From contig OZ024745.1 of the NCBI GenBank assembly GCA_964016885.1, positions 21,142,001 to 21,206,000 of the forward strand: a stretch of 64,000 nt of DNA, in the 5' to 3' direction. The stretch is from Eledone cirrhosa (taxonomy: Eukaryota). The notes below the pieces were generated by a model, which worked only from the letters and a program-made list of their open reading frames with translations, had not been told where the DNA came from and did not search any database. The position numbers and the translations under genes were made by a program. Below are positions 63,398 to 64,000 of the stretch, piece after piece. Position 1 is the stretch's first letter, and each line of letters opens with the position of its first letter.

Positions 63398-64000
63398 TCA
63401 GAAATGACTGGATTTTCTGGATTTGCGGTTATAGTCCAGGTCGCATTCCTGCACTAGGCCCCAGATATAGTTCCCCATCATTTTTTCATTGTAGTGGCCC
63501 TGGTACCTCCGCTCTATCTCTTTCACATCTTGTTGGAATCGTTCGCCTTGTTCTTCTGAGTAGGCGCCCATATTGTCCTTTAATTTTTCCAGGTGAGCGT
63601 CCAGCATATGGAGTTTAAGCGACATCCTGCATCCCATGGCGCCAAAAGCCTTTATCAGATCCTGCACCAGTTGCTGGTAGTTTTCAGCTCTGTTGTTGCC
63701 CATGAAGCCCTTAACAACTGCCTTGAAACAGTTCCATGCTGTTCTCTCAATCCTATTTAACTTATTGGAGAACTGGGTAAACTCAAACACCTTCTTTATC
63801 TGAGGTCCAACAAAAATTCCACCTTTGATTTTGGCCTCAGATAACTTGGGGAAGAACTCAAGAAGGTACTTAAAAGCGGCTGATTCTTGGTTGAGAGCCT
63901 TCACAAACTGCTTCATCAACCCCAACTTAATGTGCAGAGGTGGCATGAGCACAATCCTGGGATCAACCAATGGCTCCCACATGACGTTTCGGGTCCCAAC
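63398..64000 (-). CDS. Chapaev3-like transposase, C-terminal ~200 aa (5'-partial, frame open to the window edge)
   Basis: PPLHIKLGLMKQFVKAL, KLSEAKIKGGIFVGPQI, MSLKLHMLDAH, GAYSEEQGERFQQD. Confidence 0.8.
   Translation of the reverse strand, partial: VGTRNVMWEPLVDPRIVLMPPLHIKLGLMKQFVKALNQESAAFKYLLEFFPKLSEAKIKGGIFVGPQIKKVFEFTQFSNKLNRIERTAWNCFKAVVKGFMGNNRAENYQQLVQDLIKAFGAMGCRMSLKLHMLDAHLEKLKDNMGAYSEEQGERFQQDVKEIERRYQGHYNEKMMGNYIWGLVQECDLDYNRKSRKSSHF

Larger units (their letters stand above)
63074..64000 (-). mobile_element. 3' portion of a Chapaev3-like (CMC) DNA transposon
   Basis: Transposase C-terminus plus candidate terminus CACCGTGTAACATTTTTTT at 63074; the other end lies outside the window, so the TIR is unverified. 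Confidence 0.55.

Overview
This is repeat-saturated, AT-rich eukaryotic DNA. The SINE families and microsatellite load suggest a coleoid cephalopod, probably Octopus (inference). I found no confidently identifiable host gene, and most ORF-track entries are translations of micro- or minisatellites. Real coding capacity is all transposon-derived: (1) a near full-length Tx1-clade LINE (31715-37432, -) with a second, internally deleted relative (37499-39833, -), both embedded in one (GATA)n tract; (2) a young Penelope-like element (PLE) with an intact 902-aa RT + GIY-YIG ORF, a 979-bp inverted partial copy and a hammerhead ribozyme (HHR), embedded in (TA)n (55772-60386); (3) the 3' end of a Chapaev3-like transposase; (4) small CR1-, Vingi-, RTE- and mariner-type relics. 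The most interesting signal is a set of short non-coding cassettes bounded by (TA)n tracts that repeat the PLE architecture in miniature: fold-back arms, often a minimal type I HHR, and a one-sided tail. Well-formed HHRs lie at 45687-45768 (+), 55097-55139 (-), 62032-62087 (-) and in both PLE repeats. Mutated or truncated ones lie at 62746-62788 and 1051-1104. Two unrelated fold-backs 62 kb apart share a 37/38-identical terminal tail. This suggests a (TA)n-targeted autonomous PLE plus a population of non-autonomous ribozyme fold-back passengers. All structures were read by eye and nothing was computed or searched.
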